Of a stretch of DNA of 64,000 bases, positions 18,447-28,749 are shown piece by piece. The position numbers were made by a program, and so were the translations under genes. Positions within the stretch are counted from its first letter, which is position 1. The number at the start of each line of letters is the position of its first letter. The notes under the pieces were generated by a model that had not been told where the DNA came from, ran no database searches, and saw only the letters and a program-made list of their open reading frames with translations. The DNA lies in IMG/VR virus record IMGVR_UViG_3300035703_000042, positions 31,021 to 95,020 of that record, one strand, 5' to 3'. This stretch comes from a virus.

Positions 18447-19638
18447 ACCCACCCAATGCTGTAGTTTTTGTGGCAAACCCAAAGACCTTGTAGGAAAACT
18501 CATAGTCAGCGACTCAGTGGCTATCTGTAATGAGTGTGTGGCTTTGTGCGAAGAGTTACTAGCGGATTCCCCTGGCAGTGTCATCACCGATCTCGACGAT
18601 GATAAAATGGATCCTATGCGACTCAAGGATTTCTTGGACGAATATGTGATCGGTCAAGATCAAGCCAAGATCATGCTCAGTGTAGCGATCGTAAATCATT
18701 ACAAACGCATACAAAATACCAGCAACAAAGAGATCTCCAAGGCCAATGTGTTGATGCTGGGACCTACCGGGTCGGGCAAGACTCTCCTGGCACAGACAGT
18801 GGCGCGATATCTAGATGTGCCTTTTGCTATCGCAGATGCTACCAGCCTCACCGAAGCAGGTTATGTAGGCGACGACGTGGAAAGTCTGATCGGGCGTTTG
18901 TATGCCAACTCCGGCAATGATGTGGCTCGTACACAGCGCGGTATCGTATTTGTGGACGAAATTGACAAGATCGCACGCAAGAGCGAAAATGCATCAATCA
19001 CTCGAGACGTGTCAGGCGAAGGCGTACAGCAAGCCTTGCTCAAGCTAGTAGAAGGAACTGTTTGTCGAGTACCCGTGAGTGGGGGGCGCAAGCATCCCAC
19101 TGGTGACATGGTCGAAGTTGACACACGAAACATATTGTTTATTGCCGGTGGTGCTTTTGTGGGATTGGAAAAAATTATCAGCAATCGATTATCGGGCACC
19201 AGCATCGGATTCAACAGCCTGGTAAAACAAAAACAGCAAGTCGATCTATCAATGAGCACACCCGACGATCTTGTGAGATTTGGTCTCATTCCTGAATTGA
19301 TTGGTCGTTTCGCCAGCGTGGTGTCACTGCGAGAATTGGAAAAATCAGATCTCATGCGCGTTTTCACCGAAGTTAAAAACAACTATGTGGACCAGTATTG
19401 TTGGTTGTTTCAACAAGACGGTGTGGACTTACATATCTCACAAGATGCTTTGGAAGGCATGGTTGATCGTGCTATCAAATCAGGCACAGGCGCCCGTGCT
19501 TTACACAGCGAGATAGAACGAGCCCTGATGCCGCACATGTTTTATATCAAGAAGTATATATCGCTGGGGATCAAAAGCATCGACATCACTGCGGATCTGG
19601 TAAATAATCCGCGTTCGATACAGGAGACGTCACATTGA
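18439..19638 (+). CDS. clpX: ClpX ATPase
   Basis: CSFCG...ICNEC zinc finger, [31 protein letters not shown] loop. Confidence 0.96.
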   Translation: MNEPTQCCSFCGKPKDLVGKLIVSDSVAICNECVALCEELLADSPGSVITDLDDDKMDPMRLKDFLDEYVIGQDQAKIMLSVAIVNHYKRIQNTSNKEISKANVLMLGPTGSGKTLLAQTVARYLDVPFAIADATSLTEAGYVGDDVESLIGRLYANSGNDVARTQRGIVFVDEIDKIARKSENASITRDVSGEGVQQALLKLVEGTVCRVPVSGGRKHPTGDMVEVDTRNILFIAGGAFVGLEKIISNRLSGTSIGFNSLVKQKQQVDLSMSTPDDLVRFGLIPELIGRFASVVSLRELEKSDLMRVFTEVKNNYVDQYCWLFQQDGVDLHISQDALEGMVDRAIKSGTGARALHSEIERALMPHMFYIKKYISLGIKSIDITADLVNNPRSIQETSH

Positions 19639-19859
19639 GTTTACACGGTAGATCAGTCATGGTTGGGCCCGACGGCAACGTCGAAAAAGCTCTGCGCAAA
19701 TTCAAGAAGAAAATACAGAATTCCAACCTCTTGATTGAATTGCGAGAGCGAGAAACCTACACCAAGCCAACCACTCGTAGGAAACTCAAAAAAGGTGCTG
19801 CCAAAAGTCGTTGGAAAAAATATCTGCGCAGCCAGGAACTTCCTCCCAGGCAGTATTGA
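19635..19859 (+). CDS. rpsU: Ribosomal protein bS21
   Basis: [12 protein letters not shown]...[16 protein letters not shown]. Confidence 0.88.
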   Translation: MSLHGRSVMVGPDGNVEKALRKFKKKIQNSNLLIELRERETYTKPTTRRKLKKGAAKSRWKKYLRSQELPPRQY

Positions 19860-19860
19860 T

Positions 19861-20859
19861 GTGCGGTCTTGCTTTTTTGTCGAAGAACAAAAACTAGTCT
19901 ATTCAGCCAATCATCACGGATGTTCTGATCTCAATGACATTGATGCTACCCGTGAAAAAATACAACACGATCTCAAAAACGGTGGCAATCTAACGTCACC
20001 AATCACTGAATTAGTTGTGACTTTTGCCAGCGAAGGACATGGTGCCCATGAAGCACGCTGCCTGGCTCGAGCCTTGAAATCTCTTTTGCTACTGCAGAAG
20101 CTGGGTTTTGTGTTTTCTGCCATTGTGGATGATCTATACGACTATCCTTATCGTTGTGTGCCAACGGTCATGACTGACCATTGTGAATGGTTTTCTCGAT
20201 TCCAAAAAGTAGAAAACAATATCCGAGACTTGGAATTAGATCGAAAGTTCCTTTGCCTAAATCGAAGACCCAGCGCGATACGAGAGAGATTGGTGTTTTT
20301 CTTGGAAAAATCATTGTCTGTATCCAGCGCTCGCATCAGCCTGGGAACACAATCCAATCATTATCAAGGGCCGCGCACATGGGTAGATGGTGCTCGCTGG
20401 ATTGATGGTTTAGCCGATCAAGATCGATCACACGATTTATCTGATATTAGATTCCAGTCTTGTCTGATCAATGTAGTGTCTGAAAGCAGCGATCAATCCG
20501 ACAACACGGTTTGGTCATCCAAGTTCATTACCGAAAAGACCTGGAAGGCCTACGGCATGTATCAAATCCCAATTTGGATGGCGGTGCCGGGTCTGGTATC
20601 CTGTGTTAGATCCATGGGATTCGACATGTTTGATGACATCTGCGAACATCACGATTACGATACAATCCAAGACGAACATCAAAGACAGGATCGTTTGATC
20701 GAAATAGTCGCCCGCATCGATGAAATCTACAGCATCTCTGATCTCGGTCAGTTACGACAGGAAATCTGGCCACGTCTTGAACAAAATCGACGACTATTAG
20801 AAAAAATAACAGCGACCTCAGGCCGGTTGTGGTCGCAGGCACTGAGAGAAATCTGGTAA
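19861..20859 (+). CDS. Putative glycosyltransferase-like protein (ITEKTWK family)
   Basis: FLCLNRR, INVVSES, FITEKTWK, GFDMF...YD; paralogous motifs in 23797-25026. Confidence 0.5.
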   Translation: MRSCFFVEEQKLVYSANHHGCSDLNDIDATREKIQHDLKNGGNLTSPITELVVTFASEGHGAHEARCLARALKSLLLLQKLGFVFSAIVDDLYDYPYRCVPTVMTDHCEWFSRFQKVENNIRDLELDRKFLCLNRRPSAIRERLVFFLEKSLSVSSARISLGTQSNHYQGPRTWVDGARWIDGLADQDRSHDLSDIRFQSCLINVVSESSDQSDNTVWSSKFITEKTWKAYGMYQIPIWMAVPGLVSCVRSMGFDMFDDICEHHDYDTIQDEHQRQDRLIEIVARIDEIYSISDLGQLRQEIWPRLEQNRRLLEKITATSGRLWSQALREIW

Positions 20860-21549
20860 ATGAAACGTTTTTTCACGTTTGGTGATAGCTGGAGCTATGG
20901 TGCAGAACTACAGCGACATGAAAAAACTTTTGGTGAATTGATAAGTCAGCAACTAGGCATACGCTGGCATGACTTTTCAGTGGCCAGTACGTCAATACCT
21001 CATTTGATCCTGCAGCTCAACCGTGCCAAAGAATATTGCGATATCAGAGATCATGACTGGCAGTTATCGGGAACCACTGCTCTGTTTTTCTTGACCAGTC
21101 CACATCGAGATCTTGTATGGCGAGATGGTCGAGACAAAGAGCTGCACACGGTGCCGGTGTATCTCAATCCTTCCCACGAGTCAGACATAGATATACGCTG
21201 GTACACCGAATGGCACACGCCCGAGCTGGCCACTTATCGGGTGAACACCACTCTCATGGCCTTGCACCATCTCTGCAGGTATCATGGCATCGATGATCGA
21301 TATGTCTGGGGGTGGGATCGCGTAGAACTCTGTCCCGAAGTGGACCGCGGAAGATTCTGGGATTTTGGTGCCAGCACAATATTAGATCTGTTTGACGACA
21401 TCGATCATCGAGGGTCAATAACCACGTATTCTAACACACATCCCAATCGGTATGTGTGGCCCAACAGCGGGCATCCCAATCAGCAAGGACATCAGCGCAT
21501 AGCAACTGCGCTGACACCTTGGTTAGAACCTACTTTTCGACCTGTTTGA
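20860..21549 (+). CDS. SGNH/GDSL-like hydrolase
   Basis: FGDSWSYG N-terminus and GHPN..GH C-terminus. Confidence 0.7.
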   Translation: MKRFFTFGDSWSYGAELQRHEKTFGELISQQLGIRWHDFSVASTSIPHLILQLNRAKEYCDIRDHDWQLSGTTALFFLTSPHRDLVWRDGRDKELHTVPVYLNPSHESDIDIRWYTEWHTPELATYRVNTTLMALHHLCRYHGIDDRYVWGWDRVELCPEVDRGRFWDFGASTILDLFDDIDHRGSITTYSNTHPNRYVWPNSGHPNQQGHQRIATALTPWLEPTFRPV

Positions 21550-21676
21550 CGTTGTCGTTGTGCTTGAACTCACCGCCACCACCGGCAGTGCCCGAAGACT
21601 TCTTTTTCTTCATCACAAAAGCGATTACTACTACAATGGCCACGATGGCCACGATGATTCCTGTATCAAGTTCCAT
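21530..21676 (-). CDS. Small single-pass membrane protein
   Basis: AGGAGG SD; TM segment followed by KKKK. Confidence 0.6.
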   Translation of the reverse strand: MELDTGIIVAIVAIVVVIAFVMKKKKSSGTAGGGGEFKHNDNVKQVEK

Positions 21677-21760
21677 GATTTTACCTCCTAAAGAGCACAA
21701 GTATTTACTCGGATACTGCACAAGCAGTTGACACAGCACGAGTTTTCATGTATAAATACA

Positions 21761-21822
21761 CTTGTAGCGCCGATGTTTGGGCTACACAAGTCATTCTTGC
21801 TTAACGAAAGGAGAATACAATG
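21761..21822 (+). promoter_or_regulatory. ROSE-like RNA thermometer leader of hsp20
   Basis: 5' hairpin, then UUCUUGCUU (21794-21802) able to pair with AAGGAGAA (21808-21815) with a bulged G; TTGACA 21728 and TATAAATA 21751 upstream. Confidence 0.6.
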
Positions 21823-22260
21823 ACTAAAATCACTAGTTTTGACCTCGCACCTTTTTACCGCAACACAGTGGGTGTCGATCGCTTGTTTGATCGCATCACA
21901 CAGCAGTTTGAATCTGCTGCCGCTGTAGGTAACTACCCTCCCTTTGACACTGTCAAAATCGCCGAAGACAGCTATGAGATCCGCATCGCTGCCGCTGGAT
22001 TCCGGCAAGACGAGATTGATGTAGAACTCAATGACAGTGTACTCACAGTCAAAGGAAGCCACCGCGACCAGCCACGCCAGGAAGTAGAATATCTACATCA
22101 TGGTATCAGCAGTCGCGACTGGGTCCGTCAGTGGACTCTGGGAGAATACGTGGAAGTCAAAGGTGCTATCATGAAGGACGGCATCCTTACCATCCGTTTG
22201 GAGCGTATAGTGCCCGAGACCATGAAGCCTCGACGCATTGAGATCGAGTATCAGGTGTAA
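21820..22260 (+). CDS. Small heat-shock protein (Hsp20/IbpA family)
   Basis: NYPPFD, AAGF, YLHHGIS.R, DGILTI.L...PE. Confidence 0.93.
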   Translation: MTKITSFDLAPFYRNTVGVDRLFDRITQQFESAAAVGNYPPFDTVKIAEDSYEIRIAAAGFRQDEIDVELNDSVLTVKGSHRDQPRQEVEYLHHGISSRDWVRQWTLGEYVEVKGAIMKDGILTIRLERIVPETMKPRRIEIEYQV

Positions 22261-22314
22261 ATAACTGGGTGGGCCAGTCCCACCCTTTTGATAACAATCA
22301 CAACAAGGATCACG

Positions 22315-22623
22315 ATGTCTAATCCCGAGACCAAAACACACATCAGCCCCATGACCGATCTCGCAGAACCTCCCATGTTCCGTGTGATCTATGTCAACGA
22401 CAATCAGACCAGCATGGAATTCGTGATCGAGAGCCTCATCGATCATTTCCAGTACACACCGGTCACGGCTGAGAAAATCACCATAGACATCCACGAGCAA
22501 GGAGCCGCTGTGGTAGCTGTGCTACCCTATGAAGTGGCCGAGCAAAAAGGCATAGAAGTCACTGTGTCAGCTCGTGCTGCTGGATATCCCCTGCAGATCA
22601 AACTCGAACCCGATAACGGTTAA
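22315..22623 (+). CDS. clpS: ClpS N-degron adaptor
   Basis: PPMFRVIYVND..TSMEFV, IHEQG, EVAEQK, YPL. Confidence 0.9.
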   Translation: MSNPETKTHISPMTDLAEPPMFRVIYVNDNQTSMEFVIESLIDHFQYTPVTAEKITIDIHEQGAAVVAVLPYEVAEQKGIEVTVSARAAGYPLQIKLEPDNG

Positions 22624-23411
22624 ACCGGAACTTCGATCCGTAAGGGATGGTAAACTATCTTGCGGAAGTCGCTGTCTCCGCGTCCTCTGCAGTTGTTGAC
22701 AAATCTGATACCACCGGCCAAGCGATCCACAGCACTGTGATAGTGCCCAAAGCACCAGTGGCTGATCTTGGCTTCGGTATCTACCTGCAAAACTTGTTCC
22801 ATGTAGGAATTGCCCATGCAGTTGATCCTGTATGTACCATCGAGATCTAGATCATGATTGATCAAGTTTATGGTTGGCACAGTGTGTGTGACGATCACGA
22901 TTCGTCGAACATCTTGATGTGTTTGCAGTCGTTGAACCGAGTTCTTGAGATACATAGCATCGGCCACGGCCATGTCTTCGATGGTGTCTAGAGTCGATGG
23001 CTGGCAACCTACTTTTTGTTGGTACCATGCTCGAGTCTGATCGTAGTCTATGCTGCCATCGAGATTCCAGCTCCACCAGCCATTGGTAGATAAAATGGCC
23101 ACACCTTCTACCACCACGGCATTGTCCTGTAGATACAAAACATTTTCTATGTTTCGCAATCTACGTTTGATTTCTCGATATCGACCGGGGATGTCATCAA
23201 TGGCGTCGCGATACTCGTCGTTGCCGTCGATGTAGAACACACCTCGATAGCATTGGCCGAGATGCTGTAGAGTGGTCACAAGAGAGTCGAGATCTCGAGA
23301 CACGTCCCCGGCCACTATGCAAAATTGGCTGGTCGGTTGTCCTCTCCAGTCAAACTTGTTGTCCCAGGATTCAATGTGTAGATCTGAAATAAGGTCGAAT
23401 GCAAATGTCAT
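22620..23411 (-). CDS. Calcineurin-like metallophosphoesterase
   Basis: SDLH, AGD, GNDE, THTVP, FGHYH. Confidence 0.85.
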   Translation of the reverse strand: MTFAFDLISDLHIESWDNKFDWRGQPTSQFCIVAGDVSRDLDSLVTTLQHLGQCYRGVFYIDGNDEYRDAIDDIPGRYREIKRRLRNIENVLYLQDNAVVVEGVAILSTNGWWSWNLDGSIDYDQTRAWYQQKVGCQPSTLDTIEDMAVADAMYLKNSVQRLQTHQDVRRIVIVTHTVPTINLINHDLDLDGTYRINCMGNSYMEQVLQVDTEAKISHWCFGHYHSAVDRLAGGIRFVNNCRGRGDSDFRKIVYHPLRIEVPV

Positions 23412-23435
23412 GATACATATTTAAAAGGAAATGCC

Positions 23436-23810
23436 ATGAAGATTATTTTTGCTACGCACGATGAAGCGGATCAACTCGCTGAAAAATACACCATACTAGA
23501 GCTGGATACGCTGAGATTCCAGGACGGAATGCCTCGCACGGCCTGGTGCTTGGTGGCCATGGATGATGTCACACTGCAAGACATGCCAGTGATACAACAA
23601 TTCCGTGACCTGCACAATCGCATGATGTCAAACTACAAAAAGCGTAACTGGAAGTATTGCCAGGATGCTCTCGAGCATCTGCAGGGACGATGGAAAGGTG
23701 AGCTAGATTCTTTCTATCAGGACATGGCCAATCGTGTAGCTGGATATCAAGAACACGAGCCCGACTCGGACTGGGATCCTGTGATTGACCGAGAGATCAA
23801 AAATCCTTGA
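23436..23810 (+). CDS. Hypothetical protein
   Basis: AAGGA SD, 124 aa. Confidence 0.6.
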   Translation: MKIIFATHDEADQLAEKYTILELDTLRFQDGMPRTAWCLVAMDDVTLQDMPVIQQFRDLHNRMMSNYKKRNWKYCQDALEHLQGRWKGELDSFYQDMANRVAGYQEHEPDSDWDPVIDREIKNP

Positions 23811-25026
23811 CCCAGGGGTAACGTTGCTGTATCTGACTAAATCTGTGAGGATCAGTTTTTTCTAAGTAATCACAAAATTTAAATATCCATCCGGAGTAGT
23901 GATCAGACATTTGTATTTTTTGTGAATGAAAATAATCAGCTAGGTAAAAAACATTTCCCCCTGGCATCGAGAGGTGCTTGTCTTTTTGTATTTCTTGTGC
24001 TGCTTGCATGTTTGAATGCAGTTCTTTCAGCAAACGATCTTCAAACTCTTGGCTGAAAAAATGACGATGATTGTGATTTATCACCGATTGGCATTTTTCG
24101 ATTAATCTTTCAAATTCGCTGTCGCTCAACGAGCATATTTTTTCTATTTCTCTGACTATCATCGAAAGACGTCGCTGGTGGTCAATTTCAAAATCGTAGT
24201 CTTCGTTCCACACCTGGGAAAAGGTTTGGAACCCATAATTTTTTAAATATTCAAGGGAACCTGTGCCAGCTACAACAAAAAAAGGTTGGCGCATCACCAT
24301 TGGTTTAAAAACCTTTTCTGTCAGGTGTATTTTATCGCAGTCAAACAAGGTTTCGGCCACGATCTGTATGCTGCCGAGGTTGACGTCTTGGGCAATGATT
24401 TTAGCACTATAGGTGCTGTCTACGTCGGAAAAATCACGATTCCAGTTGTAATATACCTGCTCTTTTAATTTGAAAAGCTGTTGCACTAATTGACTTCGGT
24501 ATTGACGTGTTCCGGTATGATCCCGGGAATACAGCATGAATCGTCTTTCTGGATGCCGTGTGGCGTGAATATCAGCGTGCCATTTCCAGTGACGGAACCA
24601 GTCTCGGGCAATCAGTCCATGCCAAAAATAGTAGCAGTCTACAAATCCTTGATCTTTGATTAATTGTATATCTGTGCTGTTGATTTCGCTGTGACAGAAA
24701 ATGGGCCAAGTAGTTCCGTGGGCAATCACACATAACATCTGTTCAGGACTTACATGGTCCCACATGCTGTGTTTTTTTGATCCTGTGTACCAATTTTTAT
24801 AAGTAATCAGCGCATCGGCAAAAAAAGGTTCTTGGTCGTGCATTATCGTAATGTCTCCGCAGAGATACTCGACACGATTTTCGTGATATCTTTTTTCGTC
24901 GTAGTACGGCATGAGATCGCACAGATTTTTAGATCCGTGAGTTTGGAAGGTCCAGATCATGCCACGGGTTTTGTCCCATCCATAGTGGGAATCAAAAAAG
25001 CTGTAAAAATTATCAACGGAGAACAT
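23797..25026 (-). CDS. Putative glycosyltransferase-like protein (LTEKVFK family), AT-rich
   Basis: HDQEP, IVAET, LTEKVFKP, GFQTF..W.EDYD. Confidence 0.55.
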   Translation of the reverse strand: MFSVDNFYSFFDSHYGWDKTRGMIWTFQTHGSKNLCDLMPYYDEKRYHENRVEYLCGDITIMHDQEPFFADALITYKNWYTGSKKHSMWDHVSPEQMLCVIAHGTTWPIFCHSEINSTDIQLIKDQGFVDCYYFWHGLIARDWFRHWKWHADIHATRHPERRFMLYSRDHTGTRQYRSQLVQQLFKLKEQVYYNWNRDFSDVDSTYSAKIIAQDVNLGSIQIVAETLFDCDKIHLTEKVFKPMVMRQPFFVVAGTGSLEYLKNYGFQTFSQVWNEDYDFEIDHQRRLSMIVREIEKICSLSDSEFERLIEKCQSVINHNHRHFFSQEFEDRLLKELHSNMQAAQEIQKDKHLSMPGGNVFYLADYFHSQKIQMSDHYSGWIFKFCDYLEKTDPHRFSQIQQRYPWVKDF

Positions 25027-25028
25027 GA

Positions 25029-26270
25029 ATGAATATAGGATTTATTGGATTGGGCAAACTGGGCCTCGACTGTGCCGAAGTGTTTGCAGAGAAGCACACT
25101 GTGCGCGGCTACGATATTTACCCACGGGCCAGTGACTCGGTCAAAGTCTGCTCGATCGAAGAGACTGTGAACGAAAGTGAGTGGATCTTTATCGCTGTGC
25201 CTACCCCACACGAAGAAGGCTACGATGGATCGGTGCCCAGCAGTCACATGACACCCAAGGATTTTGGTCACGATGCAGTGAAACAGAGCCTGGAGGCAGT
25301 GAACGCACATGCTCGCTCGCCCAAGAAAATCGTGTTGATTTCCACAGTGTTGCCAGGAACCACACGCCGGCATTTTATCCCTTTGCTGGACAAACAGCAC
25401 CAGTTCCTTTACAATCCCTATCTCATCGCCATGGGATCGGTGAAGTGGGACATGGTCAACCCCGAGATGGTCATGATCGGCACTGAGGACGGCAATCCCA
25501 ATGCTCTCGCAGGCGAGCTGATTGATCTCTACAAAACCATCATGAAAAATGATCCCAGATATGAGATTGGCACCTGGGACGAGTGCGAAGCCATCAAGAT
25601 TTTCTACAACACATTCATTTCCGCCAAAGTGGGTCTGGTCAACATGATCCAGGATTTTGCCATGCGCATCGGCAACATCAACGTGGATGTGGTCACCAAC
25701 GCCCTGGCCAAGTCGACCATGCGCATCATGGGGCCCAAGTACATGACCGCGGGCATGGGTGATGCTGGTGCTTGCCATCCCCGAGACAACATCGCCCTGC
25801 GTTGGTTGGCCGAAGAATATGACATCGGCTACGATCTCTTTGACACAGTGATGCATGCTCGTGAAATCCAGGCCAAAAATCTAGCCCTGTTCCTGGTCAA
25901 GCACGCCCAAGAGCGTGGTCTGCCGGTGGTCATCCACGGCAAAGCCTACAAGCCCGATGTGCCTTACTGTATCGGATCTTACTCCACCCTGGTAGGCCAC
26001 TATGTCAAAGAAGCCGGATTGCCAGTGGTCTATGTCGATCCCTTGGCCGATGACAGTGCCGAAGTGGTCGAAACATTTGATCAACCTGCAGTGTTCCTGT
26101 GGGCGCACAACCGCAAGATCACCTACGAATACACCGGTGAGCAAGCAGACACACAACCTTACTGTGCATTCAAACCTGGCTCTGTCATCGTTGATCCCTG
26201 GCGTAAACTGGAATCGCACGACGGAATCGAGGTCATACATTATGGCAACACCCGGATTCAGGCAGTATAG
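25029..26270 (+). CDS. UDP-glucose/GDP-mannose dehydrogenase family protein
   Basis: GLGKLG Rossmann motif, IAVPTP, STV, E.IK..YN, ACHPRD, GKAYKP. Confidence 0.88.
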   Translation: MNIGFIGLGKLGLDCAEVFAEKHTVRGYDIYPRASDSVKVCSIEETVNESEWIFIAVPTPHEEGYDGSVPSSHMTPKDFGHDAVKQSLEAVNAHARSPKKIVLISTVLPGTTRRHFIPLLDKQHQFLYNPYLIAMGSVKWDMVNPEMVMIGTEDGNPNALAGELIDLYKTIMKNDPRYEIGTWDECEAIKIFYNTFISAKVGLVNMIQDFAMRIGNINVDVVTNALAKSTMRIMGPKYMTAGMGDAGACHPRDNIALRWLAEEYDIGYDLFDTVMHAREIQAKNLALFLVKHAQERGLPVVIHGKAYKPDVPYCIGSYSTLVGHYVKEAGLPVVYVDPLADDSAEVVETFDQPAVFLWAHNRKITYEYTGEQADTQPYCAFKPGSVIVDPWRKLESHDGIEVIHYGNTRIQAV

Positions 26271-26760
26271 TATCGCTCGATTCTGGGATGACGAGTTCAA
26301 GAGTCTCCCTTATCGATTTGAGCCATTCAACGATCCTATGACCATGGCCCGGTGGCAAACACTGGGCTACATGGGCAACTACTGTGGTGCCTTGGCTGAC
26401 ATGAAAGGTCCACAGCCGTCTTGGAATACCAGGTTCGTTGAATACTACACAGCTTTGGGGTGGAAGGATATTGGCACCGCTTACTATCGCATGGGTGCCA
26501 ATACTGTGATGCCCGAGCACGTGGACACTTATCGACGCTACATCGAATTGTTTGGGCTCGAAGGTCAGGCATCGTCGATCCGGCGTGCCTTGATTTTCCT
26601 TGAAGATTGGCAGCCTGGGCACTACCTCCATGTCTGCGATCATGGCATAGTAAACTGGCGTGCCGGCGATGTAGTTGAATGGACACACGATGCTCCTCAT
26701 TCAGCTGCCAACATCGGTGCCGTAGATAGATACACTTTACAGATCACAGGACACATTTGA
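26242..26760 (+). CDS. Cupin/2OG-Fe(II) oxygenase-like protein
   Basis: PEHVD...PHSAAN...R.TLQITG. Confidence 0.7.
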   Translation: MATPGFRQYSIARFWDDEFKSLPYRFEPFNDPMTMARWQTLGYMGNYCGALADMKGPQPSWNTRFVEYYTALGWKDIGTAYYRMGANTVMPEHVDTYRRYIELFGLEGQASSIRRALIFLEDWQPGHYLHVCDHGIVNWRAGDVVEWTHDAPHSAANIGAVDRYTLQITGHI

Positions 26761-27686
26761 AGATACACAGCTACAACGAATGGAGCCAACTGCGAGAGAT
26801 CGTGGTAGGTTCAGCTTCGGGCGCTAATTGGCCCTCCAGCGACCCAGTGTTTGCTCTCGAGAGCGAAAAGACCACCTGGAAAGAAACACCGGTACCTGCG
26901 GGCGCTGTGCCCCAGTGGATCATCGATGAAAGCAACGAAGACCTTGAAGATCTCTGCGGTATACTGCGCACCGCCGGGGTCACTGTGCATCGTCCTCGCG
27001 CCAACGATTTCGTAGCCACCGAAGGCATGTACAACTACTGCCCCAGAGATCGATTGTTGATTGCCGGAGATCGCATCATCAATCCGGCCATGATGTATCC
27101 GTGCCGGGATCAGGAAATCGATTATCTAGACTTTGTTACCGAAGGCAACACGGTGGTGTCCATGCCCCGAGGTCACGGCATGATCTTGGATGCAGCCAAT
27201 GTGGCTCGATTGGGCGACACTTGGCTGTTTTTAGAAAGTTCTTCAGGAAACCAGGCCGCTGCCGAATGGCTGGGCCAACAGCTTGACAATGTCAATGACA
27301 ATGTCAAAGTCGAGGTATGCAACTTTTATGCCGGTGTACATATCGACAGCACTGTGGTTCCTTTGCGCGAAGGAGTGGTCATGCTCAATGCTGCTCGTGT
27401 ATCGCCAGAAACTGTGCCCAAGTGCCTAAAAAACTGGCACAAGATCTGGATCGAGGACTGTGTGCCTATTTCTTTCCACGAGTATCCTTATGCCAGCAAA
27501 TGGATTGGCATGAATACCTTGAGCATAGATAGCCGCACTGTGATCGTGGATCGCAATCAACCTGAAATAATTAAAACATTAGAGGCGTATAGATTTACTG
27601 TGATACCTGCACAGCTCAGGCACAGTCGTACTCTTGGTGGTGGGTTCCACTGCGTGACCTTGGACACGTGGAGACAAGATGATTGA
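26757..27686 (+). CDS. Amidinotransferase family protein
   Basis: SYNEW..L, CPRD, HIDS, C-terminal LGGGFHCVTLD. Confidence 0.88.
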   Translation: MKIHSYNEWSQLREIVVGSASGANWPSSDPVFALESEKTTWKETPVPAGAVPQWIIDESNEDLEDLCGILRTAGVTVHRPRANDFVATEGMYNYCPRDRLLIAGDRIINPAMMYPCRDQEIDYLDFVTEGNTVVSMPRGHGMILDAANVARLGDTWLFLESSSGNQAAAEWLGQQLDNVNDNVKVEVCNFYAGVHIDSTVVPLREGVVMLNAARVSPETVPKCLKNWHKIWIEDCVPISFHEYPYASKWIGMNTLSIDSRTVIVDRNQPEIIKTLEAYRFTVIPAQLRHSRTLGGGFHCVTLDTWRQDD

Positions 27687-28749
27687 GATACAGTCGCTAG
27701 CAACCAGTCTCGAGCAACAGATACGCGATGCTGTAGATCGCAACATGCAGACCTATGTGGAAAAAGAAATTCAGCGTTTGGTGTTGGATCCTGCCTGGAT
27801 GGAAAAAATGCAGGCCGTCGTGAACCAGTCTTTTATCCGCCGCTTCCATGAAAAACTCAGTGTGGTCGATGTCGGTGATCTGATCAGACAGGAACTGGAC
27901 TCGTCCATTGACCGCTTCCGCGCCCGACTCACTGCTGAATTCAAAACCACAGGCATGGTCGATGCGGCCAGCGACACACAACTGGTGATCGAAGATGCAG
28001 TGACTACCATAAACAACAGCCTGGCCGTGAAAGATTTGGCCGTGGCCATTGACGGATCTGTGGGCGGTACACTCACAGTCAACAATCTCTGTGTACGTGG
28101 TTCTGTAAACACTGACAATCGATCATGGCGCGAGATCGAAGAGTCGGCCGCCGATCGCGCCATTGCGCGTATCACTGAACAATGGCGTTCGCAGATCGTG
28201 GCAGACGTGGTCGGTATCATACAATCGGGCAGCGACTTTGAATTCCGACAAATCAACGTCAATGGACATCCGGTGTTTACCGAATCGGGCCTGTCCGGCC
28301 ACATACGAGAAAGCAGCCTGGAAAAACTGGGCACCTTGCGTGATCTCACTGTGAGCGGGCATGTGGAGCTCAATGATACCATGACCGTGAATCGACGCAG
28401 AGTGGGTATCAACACACGCGACCCAGAAATGGCTCTGTCGGTCTGGGACGAAGAAGTCAGCCTGGTGGCTGGAAAGATCAGCCAGAACACTGCGTTCATG
28501 GGCACCAATCGTCGCAGTGCCTTGCACCTAGGGGTGAATCGTACTGCACAGATCGAGATCGACGAAGAAGGCATCACCACCGTCAAGCAACTGAAAGTGG
28601 GGAGGTTCAGGATCGGGCATGAGGATCAAGTACCGGGCTATCAAGGCACACGCGGCGACATAGTATTCAACAGCGATCCTAAACCCAACACTGCTTTTGC
28701 TTGGATCTGCTTGGGCGGATTCAAATGGCAAGCAGTGAAAGGTCTGTGA
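27679..28749 (+). CDS. Hypothetical, probably structural, protein
   Basis: SSLEKLGTL, RVGINT, GDIVFNS.P...WIC beta-rich motifs. Confidence 0.55.
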   Translation: MIEIQSLATSLEQQIRDAVDRNMQTYVEKEIQRLVLDPAWMEKMQAVVNQSFIRRFHEKLSVVDVGDLIRQELDSSIDRFRARLTAEFKTTGMVDAASDTQLVIEDAVTTINNSLAVKDLAVAIDGSVGGTLTVNNLCVRGSVNTDNRSWREIEESAADRAIARITEQWRSQIVADVVGIIQSGSDFEFRQINVNGHPVFTESGLSGHIRESSLEKLGTLRDLTVSGHVELNDTMTVNRRRVGINTRDPEMALSVWDEEVSLVAGKISQNTAFMGTNRRSALHLGVNRTAQIEIDEEGITTVKQLKVGRFRIGHEDQVPGYQGTRGDIVFNSDPKPNTAFAWICLGGFKWQAVKGL

